Both the position numbers and the translations under genes were made by a program. A stretch of DNA of 64,000 nucleotides from a virus (Duplodnaviria; Caudoviricetes), in the IMG/VR virus record IMGVR_UViG_2728368993_000001, positions 50,818 to 114,817 of that record; one strand, written 5' to 3'. A model generated the notes under the pieces. It had not been told where the DNA came from and did no database searches. It saw only the letters and a list, made by a program, of their open reading frames with translations. Shown here in pieces: positions 1 through 11,152 of the stretch (within the stretch, counting starts at the first letter, position 1; the number at the start of each line of letters is the position of its first letter).

Positions 1-453
1 ACAGAAGAAATCGAATCATTAGGAACTTTTGAAGAATTTGAAGGTGTAAATGTAGTTCTGCCAAATTCTGAATCCTATAAAAAGTTATTAAAAATGAAGA
101 TGGAAGAATACTCAGTTGAAAAAGGAAATCCTTTAAGCGACTTTTTTGTTTCATCGGTTCTTACACAAGGCAATGCAATCGTTGGGTATTTGGTTGGACA
201 ATATTCCAATCAACAAAAAGATACTACATTATACACAGTAAAATCTAACGGAATTGCTAATTTCTTGAAAGCAAATCCTATAGTTGAAGAAACAGGCTTT
301 ATCAATGCACGACTTGGATCTCGGACAAACAAAAACACAAATGAGAAAACCTACTATTTGAAAAGTTGTTTAACCAATCTTTCATTTAGAGATATTCCAG
401 ATCTTGTATCAAAAGTTGAAGATATTGATAAGTTTTTCAATAGTATCCAATAA
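1..453 (+). CDS. Hypothetical protein, 5'-truncated by the window edge (cargo of the left element)
   Basis: Frame is open from base 1 through the ATG at 94 to TAA at 451-453; no recognisable family. Confidence 0.6.
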   Translation, partial: TEEIESLGTFEEFEGVNVVLPNSESYKKLLKMKMEEYSVEKGNPLSDFFVSSVLTQGNAIVGYLVGQYSNQQKDTTLYTVKSNGIANFLKANPIVEETGFINARLGSRTNKNTNEKTYYLKSCLTNLSFRDIPDLVSKVEDIDKFFNSIQ

Positions 454-534
454 TCTTTCATTTAGAGATATTCCAGATCTTGTATCAAAAGTTGAAGATA
501 TTGATAAGTTTTTCAATAGTATCCAATAATCTTT
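376..534. repeat. Perfect 76-bp tandem duplication
   Basis: 376-451 = 452-527, bounded by AATCTTT microhomology at 376, 452 and 528. Confidence 0.95.
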
Positions 535-731
535 TTTCAGAGATGATCGCAAGCTATTATGACATTGATAATCAAGAAACAATAGAGTAATTTGCTTTTG
601 ATTTTTTCCCAAATACAAACACACTTGCGATTCGGTAAAATCGAATGAAGAACAGATGAACAAGATTCTCAAAAATATAAAATAACAATTTTAAGATAGC
701 CTCACTGTAGGCTTTTCTTTTAACCCGAATC

Positions 732-745
732 AGAACATACATTCC
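732..745 (+). promoter_or_regulatory. Degenerate LexA (SOS/Cheo) box
   Basis: AGAATACATATTCC vs CGAACN4GTTCG; same position as the box at 62299. Confidence 0.4.
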
Positions 746-761
746 CCAAAAGGGTTTTAAA

Positions 762-958
762 ATGCAAAAAAAAATATTAAACACGTTAATTTAAATGCTG
801 AGATTGATAGATGCAAAAACAAAGATGAAGAAATGATTAAAATACCAATTTTTAATTCTGTCAGGTACATCAATGGTGAACTAATAGGTGAACTAGACGG
901 GTACTCTGATGTAACAGATGTAGAAATTCATTTTGACAGAAACGAATTCAAGCACTAG
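762..958 (+). pseudogene. Frameshifted homologue of the 64-aa ORF at 62327-62521
   Basis: ATG 762 is out of frame across the A9 run 766-774; downstream frame reads NLNAEIDRCKNKDEEMIKIPIFNSVRYINGEL...EIHF, aligning with NLQEEIKKSKQTGVKLVKVPLLNNFRLVDGKL...PIHF. Confidence 0.7.
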
Positions 959-1056
959 ACAAAGATAACGGATTTGTAACAGGATGGAGTGGTTTCAAAA
1001 TATCACTTATCGTTTTAGAATTCAAGAAAATTAATTAATAAGGTGAATTTTGTCAC

Positions 1057-1236
1057 GCGCGTATCATCATCTATATTATTATTCTCTTTCTTATTCTTAG
1101 TTCTTAGTTCTTAGTTCTTCTTCTTCCCCCCTAGTCTATGGATAGTCTATGCATACCCTATCCATATTGTTTATATAGGATATGCATACGGTATCTATAC
1201 CCTGTTTATACCGTATGCAAAGAGTATATATAGATC
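1057..1236. repeat. Pyrimidine-rich tract plus nine 11-bp-phased ATA-N3-TAT iteron-like repeats upstream of the integrase
   Basis: Units start at 1131, 1142, 1153, 1164, 1175, 1186, 1197, 1208, 1219; near-identical to parts of 62534-62816. Confidence 0.85.
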
Positions 1237-1262
1237 ATAAAATTGAAAGGTAGTAGAATATT

Positions 1263-2457
1263 TTGTCATATTTTCAAAAGGTACCTGCGAAAAATAAACA
1301 AGGTTACAAATGGAAGTGTACTGAAGAAGGTCCAAGGAATTCAGCGACAGGGAAAAGAACTCAAATTACTCGTCGTGCAGATACAAAGAAAGAAGCTTCA
1401 CTTAAGGTTGATCTTGCGTTACAAGAACTCCAATTGAACAATGGACAGTCTTACAATAAAAATATATCGTTTAAAGACTATTTATCAGATTGGTTAGTAA
1501 CATACAAAAAACATACTGTTAAAGAAAATACTTATAAACTTCATGAACGAAATGTTCATAAAAAAAATTATCCCTTTAATCGGACATATGAAAATAGCAG
1601 ACTTAACCCCTACTCATTATCAAAAAATTATTAATGCACTATCTGAGCAAGATATTAGTAAAAGGACCGTTGAAATTATTCACACAACGCTTTCAAATGC
1701 CATGAATAAAGCAGTGTCGCTTGAAATAATTATGAAAAACCCTTGTTCCCGCGTCACGATCCCAGATAAAACTATCAACAAAATTAAAGAGGACGATGAT
1801 CTAGTGTATCTGACCAAGGATGAAGTTTTTAGATTTTTGGAGGCTGCCATTCAAGATAACTGGAAGTATTATATTTTATTTAAAACATTAATCGACACTG
1901 GTTTAAGAAAAGGAGAAGCTCTTGCACTTCAAATCCAAGACTTAGATTTCTCATCTAGTAAAATCAAAATATATAAAACATTAAATTATGACGTCAACCA
2001 AATAGAAAAAATGTTTGGACCACCTAAAACTGAAACATCCTACAGGAAAGTATTAATAAATAATGATCTTTCAACTTTGTTGTCTAAACATCTTATTAAG
2101 CAAAAAGAAATTAAATTGAAATTAGCAGACAGATACCATAGTGAAACGAATCTTGTGTTTGACCGTGGAGACGGTCTTCCCTTTGCTAAATCCACATTAC
2201 AAAGATCATTTAATCGAATATGCAAAAATGCCGGAATTTCAAAACATATAACTATTCACGGATTGCGACACACGCACGCAGTTTTGCTTCTTGAATCCGG
2301 GGCTAGCTTAAAAGAAGTCCAAGAACGTTTGGGTCATAAATCGATTCAGACTGCTGCGGATGTATATGTACAGGTCTCTAAAGTTTTGGAAGTAAGAAGC
2401 GTTGATAATTATTCAAAATACATGGATTATGAACAAAAGAAATATGAAATAAAATGA
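1263..2457 (+). pseudogene. Tyrosine integrase split by a frameshift in an A8 run (1560-1567)
   Basis: Arm-binding N-terminus in 1263..1634; catalytic GLRKGE, HGLRHTH, LGH...Y in 1543..2457; removing one A restores a single ORF. Confidence 0.85.
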
Positions 2458-2459
2458 AA

Positions 2460-2478
2460 TGTGGTCAAAATGTGGTCA
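2460..2478 (+). other. Integrase arm-type direct repeats (attR region)
   Basis: TGTGGTCA-AAA-TGTGGTCA immediately after the integrase stop. Confidence 0.65.
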
Positions 2479-2514
2479 ATTAGAATTTTGCCGAGTATTC
2501 CACAATAAATATAA

Positions 2515-2554
2515 AAGCCTTGGTTACTGATAAACTCAGTAATACCAAGGCTTT
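2515..2554. terminator. Hairpin between the convergent integrase and glnA
   Basis: AAAGCCTTGGT...ACCAAGGCTTT inverted repeat. Confidence 0.65.
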
Positions 2555-2561
2555 CATTTGA

Positions 2562-3896
2562 TTAGTACATGTTCATATATTGCTCGCGTTCCCATGGGTG
2601 AACTTGTGTTCTAAACATATCCCACTCAATCTCTTTTGCTTCAATGAAATGTTCTAATAAGTGATCACCTAGAGCGTCCATAATCACTCCATCTTCTTTT
2701 AATTTTTCCAATGCAGCAAATAATGTTGCAGGAAGATCTACGATACCATTTTCTTCGCGTTCTTCTTTAGTCATTACATAAATGTTACGGTCAATCGGAG
2801 CTGGTGGAGTCATTTTATTCTTAATCCCATCAAGACCTGCTTTCAGTATGACAGCAAGTGCTAAATACGGATTAGCTGCTGGGTCAACACTTCGTACTTC
2901 AACACGAGTGCTTATTCCACGAGAAGCCGGAATACGTACAAGTGGGCTACGGTTCTGAGCTGACCACGCAACATAGCAAGGTGCTTCATAACCCGGTACT
3001 AAACGTTTATACGAGTTAACGGTTGGGTTCGTTACAGCAGTAAAGTTCGGAGCATGCTTAATGATCCCTGCAATGAATTGTTCAGCCGTTTCACTTAATT
3101 GGAGGTTACCTGATTTGTCATAGAATGCATTCTCACCATCTTTAAATAAAGATACGTTACAGTGCATACCAGATCCACTTACTCCGAACAGTGGTTTTGG
3201 CATAAATGTTGCATGCAAACCATGTTTACGAGCAATTGTTTTTACTACAAGTTTGAACGTTTGAATATTATCACAAGCACTCACGGCATCTGCATATTTA
3301 AAATCGATTTCATGCTGACCTGGTGCTACTTCATGATGAGAAGCTTCTATTTCAAAGCCCATTTCTTCTAGTTCAAGTACGATATCACGACGGCAATTTT
3401 CACCTGAATCTGTTGGTGCAAGGTCGAAATAACCACCTCTATCATTTAATTCAAGTGTAGGTTCACCATTAGCATCCAATTTGAATAGGAAGAATTCTGG
3501 CTCTGGTCCAAGATTAAACTCTGTAAAGCCCATTTCTTTCGCTTCAGCTAGGACTCGTTTCAGATTGGTACGTGGATCACCACTAAAAGGAGTTCCTTCT
3601 GTCGTATATATATCACAGATTAAACGTGCAACTTTCCCTTTTTCTGAAGTCCACGGAAAAATCACCCATGTATTAAGGTCTGGTTGTAATAACATATCAG
3701 ATTCTTCGATACGCACAAACCCTTCAATTGAAGAACCATCGAACATCATTTTATTATCTAGTGCTTTATTTAACTGACTTACTGGGATTTCTACGTTTTT
3801 AACTGTTCCTAGAATATCCGTAAATTGGAGTCGAATATATTTCACATTTTCCTCTTTGGCCAAACGAATAATATCTTCACGAGTATACTTTACCAT
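2562..3896 (-). CDS. glnA: Type I glutamine synthetase
   Basis: [35 protein letters not shown] motifs; downstream of glnR. Confidence 0.99.
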   Translation of the reverse strand: MVKYTREDIIRLAKEENVKYIRLQFTDILGTVKNVEIPVSQLNKALDNKMMFDGSSIEGFVRIEESDMLLQPDLNTWVIFPWTSEKGKVARLICDIYTTEGTPFSGDPRTNLKRVLAEAKEMGFTEFNLGPEPEFFLFKLDANGEPTLELNDRGGYFDLAPTDSGENCRRDIVLELEEMGFEIEASHHEVAPGQHEIDFKYADAVSACDNIQTFKLVVKTIARKHGLHATFMPKPLFGVSGSGMHCNVSLFKDGENAFYDKSGNLQLSETAEQFIAGIIKHAPNFTAVTNPTVNSYKRLVPGYEAPCYVAWSAQNRSPLVRIPASRGISTRVEVRSVDPAANPYLALAVILKAGLDGIKNKMTPPAPIDRNIYVMTKEEREENGIVDLPATLFAALEKLKEDGVIMDALGDHLLEHFIEAKEIEWDMFRTQVHPWEREQYMNMY

Positions 3897-3934
3897 GAAC
3901 AACTTCCTCTCTTAATTCTGTTTTTTGATTTTAT

Positions 3935-4348
3935 TTAATGAAAAAATCTGGACATATCTCCTTGACGCAGCGTTGTGCGATGTCTGCCACCATGCAAAAG
4001 TTCTGATTTTAAAAGCTTCCGCAATTCTCCGTCACTGAGATCTTTCCTAATTTCTTCTGACTTCTGAATCGGTTTATTCGAAACAAGTTCCGTTTCATTT
4101 ACAATTATAAGTTTCTTAATACCGGCTAAGTTGACACCTTGTTCTAGTAGATCTTTTATCTCTAAGAGACGATCTATATCATTCAAGGAAAACAGTCGCC
4201 TATTTCCATCTGTTCTCATAGGAGTAATTAATTGATGCTCTTCGTAATAACGAATTTGACGAGCGGACAATTCGGTAAGCTGCATGACAATTCCAATTGA
4301 GAAAAGAGGCATAGAACGCCGAATGTTGCTACTACTCATCTTCAGCAT
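3935..4348 (-). CDS. glnR: MerR-family nitrogen repressor GlnR
   Basis: [24 protein letters not shown]...GDMSRFFH; operon with glnA (start probably 4339). Confidence 0.97.
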   Translation of the reverse strand: MLKMSSSNIRRSMPLFSIGIVMQLTELSARQIRYYEEHQLITPMRTDGNRRLFSLNDIDRLLEIKDLLEQGVNLAGIKKLIIVNETELVSNKPIQKSEEIRKDLSDGELRKLLKSELLHGGRHRTTLRQGDMSRFFH

Positions 4349-4373
4349 CCTCCTTATTGGTTTTCTTATTTAT

Positions 4374-4424
4374 ATTATATTAAATGTTAGATTTGTTGTC
4401 AATCATATGTTACATTTCCTAACA
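4374..4424 (-). promoter_or_regulatory. glnRA SigA promoter with GlnR/TnrA box
   Basis: TTGACA (4397-4402), 17 bp, TATAAT (4374-4379); TGTTA-N7-TAACA at 4408-4424. Confidence 0.9.
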
Positions 4425-4525
4425 TGTTTTTATTTTAGTTTTTTTAAAACAGAATTGCTCATAAAAGTTTTGCAACCCATTCGTATGAAGACGCAATTTC
4501 ACACACTTTCCATCATAACCTTCCC

Positions 4526-5788
4526 CTAGATAAGTTTCTTGTCAATCAAGGAGTCTACCGCTGTTAACACAGCAATTTTTACATGTTCGTACGTTAACCC
4601 GCCTTGAACATATGCTACATATGGTGGGCGAGTAGGACCATCTGCTGTCAATTCAATACTTGCCCCTTGAATAAATGTACCTGCTGCCATAATAACATCA
4701 TCAACATATCCCGGCATATAATTAGGATAAGGTGTAACATGAGAATTTATCGGTGAGGCATATTGGATCGCTTGACAAAACGCCACCATTTTATCCTTAT
4801 CATCAAATTGAACAGATTGAATTAAATCCGTTCGCTTTGCATTCCATTTCGGTGAGGTGTTCATACCCAACATTTCAAGTAATGCTGATGTAAAAACCGC
4901 ACCCTTTAAAGCTTGACCGACTACATGAGGTGCGAGAAAGAAGCCTTGATACATTTCTTGAAGGCTGTAAAGAGACGCTCCTGCTTCCGCTCCAATACCT
5001 GGCGAAGTTAAACGGTAGGAACACGCTTCAACATATTCTTTTTTTCCGACGATATAGCCGCCTGTTTTTACAAGGCCACCACCTGGGTTTTTTATTAAAG
5101 AACCTGCAATTAAATCCGCACCTACATGACACGGCTCTTTATCCTCAACAAACTCTCCATAACAGTTGTCAACAAAAACAACTAGGTTAGGGTTAATATC
5201 TTTTACAAACGATATCATTTCTTCAATTTCAGATATCATAAAGGATGGCCGTGTTGCGTATCCTTTCGAACGTTGAATACCAATCATCTTTGTTTGTGGA
5301 GTAATTGCTTTTTTCACAGCATTGAAGTCTATTCCCCCTTCATCCGTCAACATAACAGAATTATAATCAATATTAAATTCTTTTAATGAACCGATTCCCG
5401 TACCACGAATCCCTACTATTTCTTCTAATGTGTCATAAGGCTTGCCTGTTATGTATAATAGCTCATCTCCCGGCCGTAGAATACCAAACAATGCAATGGA
5501 AATCGCATGAGTTCCGGAAATGATTTGCGGTCGTACTAGACCTGCTTCTCCACCAAATACCTCACTATAAATTTTTTCTAATGTATCTCTTCCATAATCA
5601 TCATATCCATACCCTGTAGTAGGAATAAAATGCGAATCACTTACTCTATTGCTTTGGAAGCTTTGTAAAACACGAAACTGGTTTAGCTCCATCATTGTAT
5701 GAATATCTTGGTGTATTGGGGCTATTTGAGCTTCAGCCTGTTCTGTTAATTTTTTAAGTCTATCTCCATTCGTTAAATGCTGATACAT
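4526..5788 (-). CDS. ynbB: Methionine gamma-lyase family / aluminium-resistance PLP protein (YnbB)
   Basis: GYGYDDYGRD, DNCYGEF, GSLIKNPGGG; conserved upstream of glnR. Confidence 0.93.
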   Translation of the reverse strand: MYQHLTNGDRLKKLTEQAEAQIAPIHQDIHTMMELNQFRVLQSFQSNRVSDSHFIPTTGYGYDDYGRDTLEKIYSEVFGGEAGLVRPQIISGTHAISIALFGILRPGDELLYITGKPYDTLEEIVGIRGTGIGSLKEFNIDYNSVMLTDEGGIDFNAVKKAITPQTKMIGIQRSKGYATRPSFMISEIEEMISFVKDINPNLVVFVDNCYGEFVEDKEPCHVGADLIAGSLIKNPGGGLVKTGGYIVGKKEYVEACSYRLTSPGIGAEAGASLYSLQEMYQGFFLAPHVVGQALKGAVFTSALLEMLGMNTSPKWNAKRTDLIQSVQFDDKDKMVAFCQAIQYASPINSHVTPYPNYMPGYVDDVIMAAGTFIQGASIELTADGPTRPPYVAYVQGGLTYEHVKIAVLTAVDSLIDKKLI

Positions 5789-6153
5789 GTTGAGTCTCCT
5801 TCTTATTCCAATCATTAAAATCAGATTTTTAAGATAAAGTAGTGATGAATGTCCTAATCATAACAAATGAACATACCCTTTCACAATTCATCCTAATAAA
5901 ACAGTCATGAGCATCCTGAACCCAACTAAAGCGTAAAAAAAGATTCAGGTTCTCAAATTGCATCACCTTATAAAGGTGGTGGCGCGAAGCTAATTTTGCG
6001 AAGTCCCGCCCCTTTTCCACAGAAAAGTCGTTAATAATCATAACACCTTCTAAGCTTGTTAGCAGTAGAAAACTCTTGAAAAACCAGTGATTTCTGCTAA
6101 AATCAGATAGGTTATCATAAAATAGAATAATGAAAGAACAGCGAGGAATTCCG

Positions 6154-6762
6154 ATGACATGGGAAATATTAACAATAATTGGCACGATTGCTTTTGCTAT
6201 AAGCGGCGCAATTATTGCGATGGAAGAAGAATATGATATATTAGGCGTTTATATTTTGGGAGTCGTCACCGCTTTTGGCGGGGGAGCCTTACGAAATCTA
6301 TTAATTGGTGTTCCCGTTTCCGCGTTATGGGATCAAGGTACAAACTTTATTATTGCAATAGTATCTATAACAATTGTATTTCTCTTCCCCAAAAATTTAT
6401 TAAAACATTGGAAAACATGGGGCAATTTTACTGATTCAATTGGGCTCTCAGCTTTTGCCATTCAAGGAGCACTTTACGCCATTGACTTAAATCGGCCTTT
6501 AAGCGCCGTTCTCGTAGCTGCCGTACTTACAGGTTGTGGCGGCGGAATGATTCGAGATTTATTAGCGCATAGAAAACCGCTTGTTTTGAAGGATGAAATA
6601 TACGCTTTATGGGCAATTATTTGTGGCCTTTTCATAGGTCTCAACAGTTCTATAGAACCTTGGCAGTTATACAGCTTATTCCTTGCGATTACAGCATTAA
6701 GAGTTCTTTCCTACTCGTACAACTGGAAACTTCCGGCAAGGAATATTAAACAATACAACTGA
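6154..6762 (+). CDS. Trimeric intracellular cation channel (TRIC/UPF0126) membrane protein
   Basis: GTIAFAISGA, TAFGGGALR, TGCGGGMIRD duplicated motifs. Confidence 0.92.
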   Translation: MTWEILTIIGTIAFAISGAIIAMEEEYDILGVYILGVVTAFGGGALRNLLIGVPVSALWDQGTNFIIAIVSITIVFLFPKNLLKHWKTWGNFTDSIGLSAFAIQGALYAIDLNRPLSAVLVAAVLTGCGGGMIRDLLAHRKPLVLKDEIYALWAIICGLFIGLNSSIEPWQLYSLFLAITALRVLSYSYNWKLPARNIKQYN

Positions 6763-6959
6763 TTGTTAGTATATTATATAAGGTGAATTTAAATGAATTA
6801 GGGCTGCACTTTAGGCATTTCTCATCTCCTAAAAGCAGCCCTTTTCTAATATTCATCAAGAATATTGTTTTCTTTTAGACAATTTCTACTTAGTAAATCG
6901 GGTTTACTTTTATCTCACTTTAACAGACAATACCCCTCAAATTTACGAGGAACAAAGAA

Positions 6960-7226
6960 GATAGGTAGGGACACACTGCCCGTAAAGGTTCGATAGGTGA
7001 GATACAGTGAAACTTACCTTTGTGGTTTTCAATAGGTATAGTTGAGGCCACAGAAAGTGGTCACACAGATATTGCCACAGGACGCGGCGTACTTAGTCTA
7101 CGATTCATTGAATCAGGTTCGTAGAGTCGCTTTATCGAAGCGTAGCGGAGATATGAGCGACTCTAGAACGGGACTAACAATCAGTAGGGATGAAGAAAAA
7201 CCCCACTGATTAAAGTTTCACTTTAT
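6960..7226. repeat. Bacillus intergenic repeat / MITE-like element
   Basis: GC-richer non-coding block with hairpins ending AATCAGTAGGG...CCCCACTGATTAAAGTTTCACTTTAT, resembling bcr-type repeats (from memory). Confidence 0.55.
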
Positions 7227-8189
7227 CTATTCTTCATCTTCATCAAAAACAAGGTCCTGACTCCTTAAGGTCACAAGGTCTCCTCGATCATATGAATCTT
7301 CAAGCAATAACCGCATCGCTTGTGACCGTATTGATTTTTCAATAATATTTCGAATATAACGACCATTTGAAAAAGACACCAATCTCGGATCGGCCTTGAT
7401 TACGATTAAATGCTCATTCAATTTACGCTCCGCATCCCTGCTAAGTACATATTCCCGATCATCGATCATTCTTTGTCCGATTTCCATCAATTGTTCAATC
7501 GAATAATCCGGAAAGTCTACCACAATAGGAAATCTTGAATGAAGACCAGGATTCAGGGTTAGGAAATGATCCATCTCCTTTGAATAACCGGCCAGGATTA
7601 ATATGAATTCGTGCTGACGATCTTCCATATGCTTTACAAGCGTATCAATTGCTTCTTTCCCAAAATCCTTTTCTCCTCCTCTACCAAGAGAATAGGCTTC
7701 ATCAATAAACAAGATTCCGCCGATTGCTTTTTTAATTAAATCACGAGTTTTTTGAGCTGTATGCCCAATATACTCACCTACAAGATCCGCTCTTTCCACT
7801 TCAATTAAATGACCTTTAGATAAAACATTCATCTTATGGAACAGCCTGCCGATTAACCTAGCTACTGAAGTTTTCCCTGTTCCTGGGTTACCTTTAAACA
7901 TCATATGAAGAGCTTGCCGTCCGGCCTTCAACCCTCGCTCTTCTCGTTTCTTATTCACATAAATCCATGCGTATATTTCTTTAATCATCCGTTTCATTTC
8001 ATCCATCCCAACCAATTCTCCCAGTTCCTCTTCTATTTCTTTCAGCGCTATATGTTGAGGAGGAATATCTTGATCGTGCCTTTCACGTATCGGCGGATCT
8101 TTCGGTATAGGCTTCCGCTTTTGTCCATTTAAGACAATATTAATCTGTCCGTTATTTTTTTTACGGATCGGTTGTTCCAATGTATTCAC
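7227..8189 (-). CDS. spoVK: Stage V sporulation AAA+ ATPase SpoVK
   Basis: NGQINIVLN N-terminus, GNPGTGKT, LFIDEAYSL, FSNGRYIRN. Confidence 0.96.
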   Translation of the reverse strand: MNTLEQPIRKKNNGQINIVLNGQKRKPIPKDPPIRERHDQDIPPQHIALKEIEEELGELVGMDEMKRMIKEIYAWIYVNKKREERGLKAGRQALHMMFKGNPGTGKTSVARLIGRLFHKMNVLSKGHLIEVERADLVGEYIGHTAQKTRDLIKKAIGGILFIDEAYSLGRGGEKDFGKEAIDTLVKHMEDRQHEFILILAGYSKEMDHFLTLNPGLHSRFPIVVDFPDYSIEQLMEIGQRMIDDREYVLSRDAERKLNEHLIVIKADPRLVSFSNGRYIRNIIEKSIRSQAMRLLLEDSYDRGDLVTLRSQDLVFDEDEE

Positions 8190-8642
8190 CTCTCATAGAA
8201 CGATTAGAAATGACAAACTCTCTTAATGTTCGCCAATTATTTTGTTTTTCCATAATTAAATGAGAATCATGTCATTTCCTGCGCTTTCCCAAGAAATAAT
8301 CCCTCATTTATTTATATTCACGAACGAGTTACATCAGTAGTATTTGTTAAAAATAGTACAGCACAACAAAAGAGCAAACATAAGAAAAGCCAAGAAGGTG
8401 TGTTTTTCCTTCTTGAAGCTTATTATCTTTTCTACAGCTTTATCGGGTACTGGAACTAGAAAGACTAGACCTTCGTGGGGCTTCAATACGAAAAATGAAG
8501 CACGCGACTTGGATTAAACACCCCATTTTAATGAACTACAACTTCACCACAACTATATTTTCTAGACCAAATAAAAATCCCCACTTAAAAACAGAAGAAT
8601 GGTTCTGTTTTTAAGTAGGGATCGTTGTACGTATAATTCCAT

Positions 8643-8876
8643 TTATTCTTTTGCTTCAAAATCAATTTGCACATTTTTTTGTGGAGCAAAAGTGGAAATC
8701 GCATGTTTAAAGACCAACTGCTGCTTTCCTTCAGATTCAAATAAAACGGTAAAGTTATCGAATCCTTTAACAAGTCCTCTAATTTGAAAACCATTTAATA
8801 AAAAAACAGTCACATATGTACTATCTTTTCTTAACTGATTTAAAAATTGATCTTGAATATTTACTTGTTTCATCAT
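8643..8876 (-). CDS. hfq: RNA chaperone Hfq
   Basis: [23 protein letters not shown]; follows miaA. Confidence 0.98.
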   Translation of the reverse strand: MMKQVNIQDQFLNQLRKDSTYVTVFLLNGFQIRGLVKGFDNFTVLFESEGKQQLVFKHAISTFAPQKNVQIDFEAKE

Positions 8877-8901
8877 TATTCCTCCTCATTCTCTCTATGT
8901 A

Positions 8902-9867
8902 TTACATATTCGCGTTAAGTGATAGCTTTCCTGCTATATATGTGGATATTTCTTCAGAAACAAATGAATTATTTCCCTGTTCCTGCACCTCATACCATTT
9001 TACATCCATTTTATTACGAAACCAAGTAAGTTGACGCTTAGCGTAGCGTCGTGAATTTTGTTTTAATGCTTCAACTGATTCATCGATCGTTAACCTATCA
9101 TCGAAGTAATCGTATAATTCCTTATATCCAATTGCCTGTATCGACTGACAATCTCTCAAACCTTGTTCATGAAAGCTCTTTACTTCTTCCATTAATCCCT
9201 GTTCCACCATAACATCAACGCGGTGGTTAATCCGCCGATAAAGTGCTTCACGGTTCATCGTCAAGCCGATAAGAGCTGTATCATACTTTAATTCGGATGT
9301 TTGCTTTTCGAGTTGATTAGACATCGTGATTCCTGTGCAATAATAAATTTCCAACGCTCGAATAATGCGCCTAATATTGTTAGGATGAATTCTCTCAGCA
9401 CTTTCAGGGTCAATTGACCGAAGCTTCTCAATAAGAGGTTCAATTCCATCTGTTTCCACAATAGATTCTAGCCTTTTTCTATATTCTAAATTAGAAGGGG
9501 CCTCTGAGAATTGATAGTCATAAATTACAGATTGAATGTACAAACCTGTACCTCCAACAATAATCGGCAGTTTACCACGCTTCTGAATATCTGCAATTGC
9601 CTGATTCGCTTGTTCTTGAAAATCAGCCGCACTAAATGATTCATTTGGTTCTTTAATATCCAGCAGAAAGTGAGGGATGCCCTCCATTTCTTTAGGTGTT
9701 ATTTTGGCTGTTCCGATATCCATCCCTTTATAAACTTGCATAGAATCTCCACTTATAATTTCACCATTAAAACGCTTCGCCATTTCTATACTCAGTTTTG
9801 TTTTCCCAACTGCTGTCGGGCCGATAATGACAAGTAACTTATTGTTCTCTTGTTCCAAAACATTCAC
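8902..9867 (-). CDS. miaA: tRNA dimethylallyltransferase
   Basis: GPTAVGKT, DSMQVY, GGTGLY, YAKRQLTWF. Confidence 0.98.
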   Translation of the reverse strand: MNVLEQENNKLLVIIGPTAVGKTKLSIEMAKRFNGEIISGDSMQVYKGMDIGTAKITPKEMEGIPHFLLDIKEPNESFSAADFQEQANQAIADIQKRGKLPIIVGGTGLYIQSVIYDYQFSEAPSNLEYRKRLESIVETDGIEPLIEKLRSIDPESAERIHPNNIRRIIRALEIYYCTGITMSNQLEKQTSELKYDTALIGLTMNREALYRRINHRVDVMVEQGLMEEVKSFHEQGLRDCQSIQAIGYKELYDYFDDRLTIDESVEALKQNSRRYAKRQLTWFRNKMDVKWYEVQEQGNNSFVSEEISTYIAGKLSLNANM

Positions 9868-10142
9868 TGCCTTATTTAAGTTTTACTTTTCGTACGTTTA
9901 AAGCAGTCAAACATCATTCATCATAGACAAATGATAAATCGTTTATACCTATTAAACGCACGTAAAGTTATTTTCTCCAGACCGCATACACTAAATTAGT
10001 CTTACCTTTATAAACTACATCACACGTTTGATTTACGACTTTCATAATATTTCTTGGTCTTTCGATTTACGTTTATACATTAAGACTAACATAAATTTTT
10101 GTATATGGACAGACACCAACTTTCACTTTCGGACAGAAGAAA

Positions 10143-10162
10143 TGTGGTCAATTAAGTGGTCA
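10143..10162 (+). other. Integrase arm-type repeats (attL region)
   Basis: TGTGGTCA-ATTA-AGTGGTCA; same motif as 2460-2478. Confidence 0.6.
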
Positions 10163-10283
10163 CGTGTACGTTGATGGCACTTAGATAAATACATCATACC
10201 GCCCGTTTATTACAAGAGCTTCGCAAAATTTCGGATTACTTCACTTCCCTCTTTTTTGGCGTGTTTCTTCTATATAACATAGA

Positions 10284-10514
10284 TTGCAAACAATCTTAAA
10301 AGAAAACGGAATTAAACAGGGATTTATTGCTGATAAAGCAGGTGTCTCGCAAGGGACTTTCAGTTTAATTGTAAGGGGGAAATCAGTTCCTACTTTACCT
10401 GTAGCAATTAGGATATCAAGAGTTGTTGGAAAATCAGTTGAGGAATTATGGGGTGACCAAGCTTTCAGGGGTTTGAAGCCAAATGAAATTATTAAACAAA
10501 CCAATTGCCATTAG
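10284..10514 (+). CDS. XRE/Cro-type HTH protein (start uncertain)
   Basis: GIKQGFIADKAGVSQGTFSLIVRGKSVPTL. Confidence 0.8.
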   Translation: MQTILKENGIKQGFIADKAGVSQGTFSLIVRGKSVPTLPVAIRISRVVGKSVEELWGDQAFRGLKPNEIIKQTNCH

Positions 10515-11059
10515 TTTTTCTTGTTCAACGAATTACCTCATCATAGAAATATGGATACTTCTCTGACTTTATATGTACCTACATCTTTTTCTCCATATTT
10601 GCGGAATCTTTACAGAACTTATGAGTAAGACCGTTTATGATATCAATCGTAACCCAATCATTTTCATTAAATGTTTTTCGGCAATCCCTGCACTATGGGG
10701 TAGAGTCAGGGAAATGCGGATTTACAACGTTGATTGACTTGAGCCCTCTGTGGGTACAATTTATCCTGAAGCCTGAAGCAGTTTTCCCATCAGGCAACGA
10801 GCATATCTACCACTCTTTCGCTTACTGTCCTTGAAGTTTGGTCTGGAAGAAGCACATTTCCATACTAAACTTCAATGTTGTTTCTTTCTCCTGTTACCCA
10901 AGTCCATTTACTCATACCTTTGAATACGTTGAATACTATAAAAAATAACTGTAGATAATGTTTCCACAAATTTATAAATCTGGTCATTTTTGTATTATTA
11001 CATTGAATACTGTAGATAAGGGCAGATTAGTTGAACGAGAAATACATATCGCAACAATA

Positions 11060-11080
11060 AAACTCGCCGAATGGGCGAGT
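11060..11080 (-). terminator. Probable terminator of the MTase-HEPN gene
   Basis: AACTCGCC-GAATG-GGCGAGTT hairpin next to an A tract. Confidence 0.6.
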
Positions 11081-11152
11081 TCTTTACGTAGCTTTACTAC
11101 TTCTTTACTTTTTAACCTTTTAGGTTTGCATCTGTCATCTCATTCCAAAACC

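Larger units (their letters stand above)
1..2560. mobile_element. Right end of an integrative element/prophage remnant inserted at the glnA 3' end
   Basis: Integrase, then TGTGGTCA arm-type repeats, then the glnA stop; same gene order as the right end of the second prophage. Confidence 0.75.

Noticed and set aside
376-534. CRISPR array
   Set aside because: Two contiguous 76-bp copies with no spacers and no cas genes
3162-3777. Antisense ORFs within glnA (and similar shadow ORFs inside phage genes)
   Set aside because: Shadows of conserved genes on the opposite strand
5829-6185. 118-aa ORF on the - strand
   Set aside because: No recognisable motif; overlaps the TRIC gene start; the region looks intergenic with possible repeat fragments
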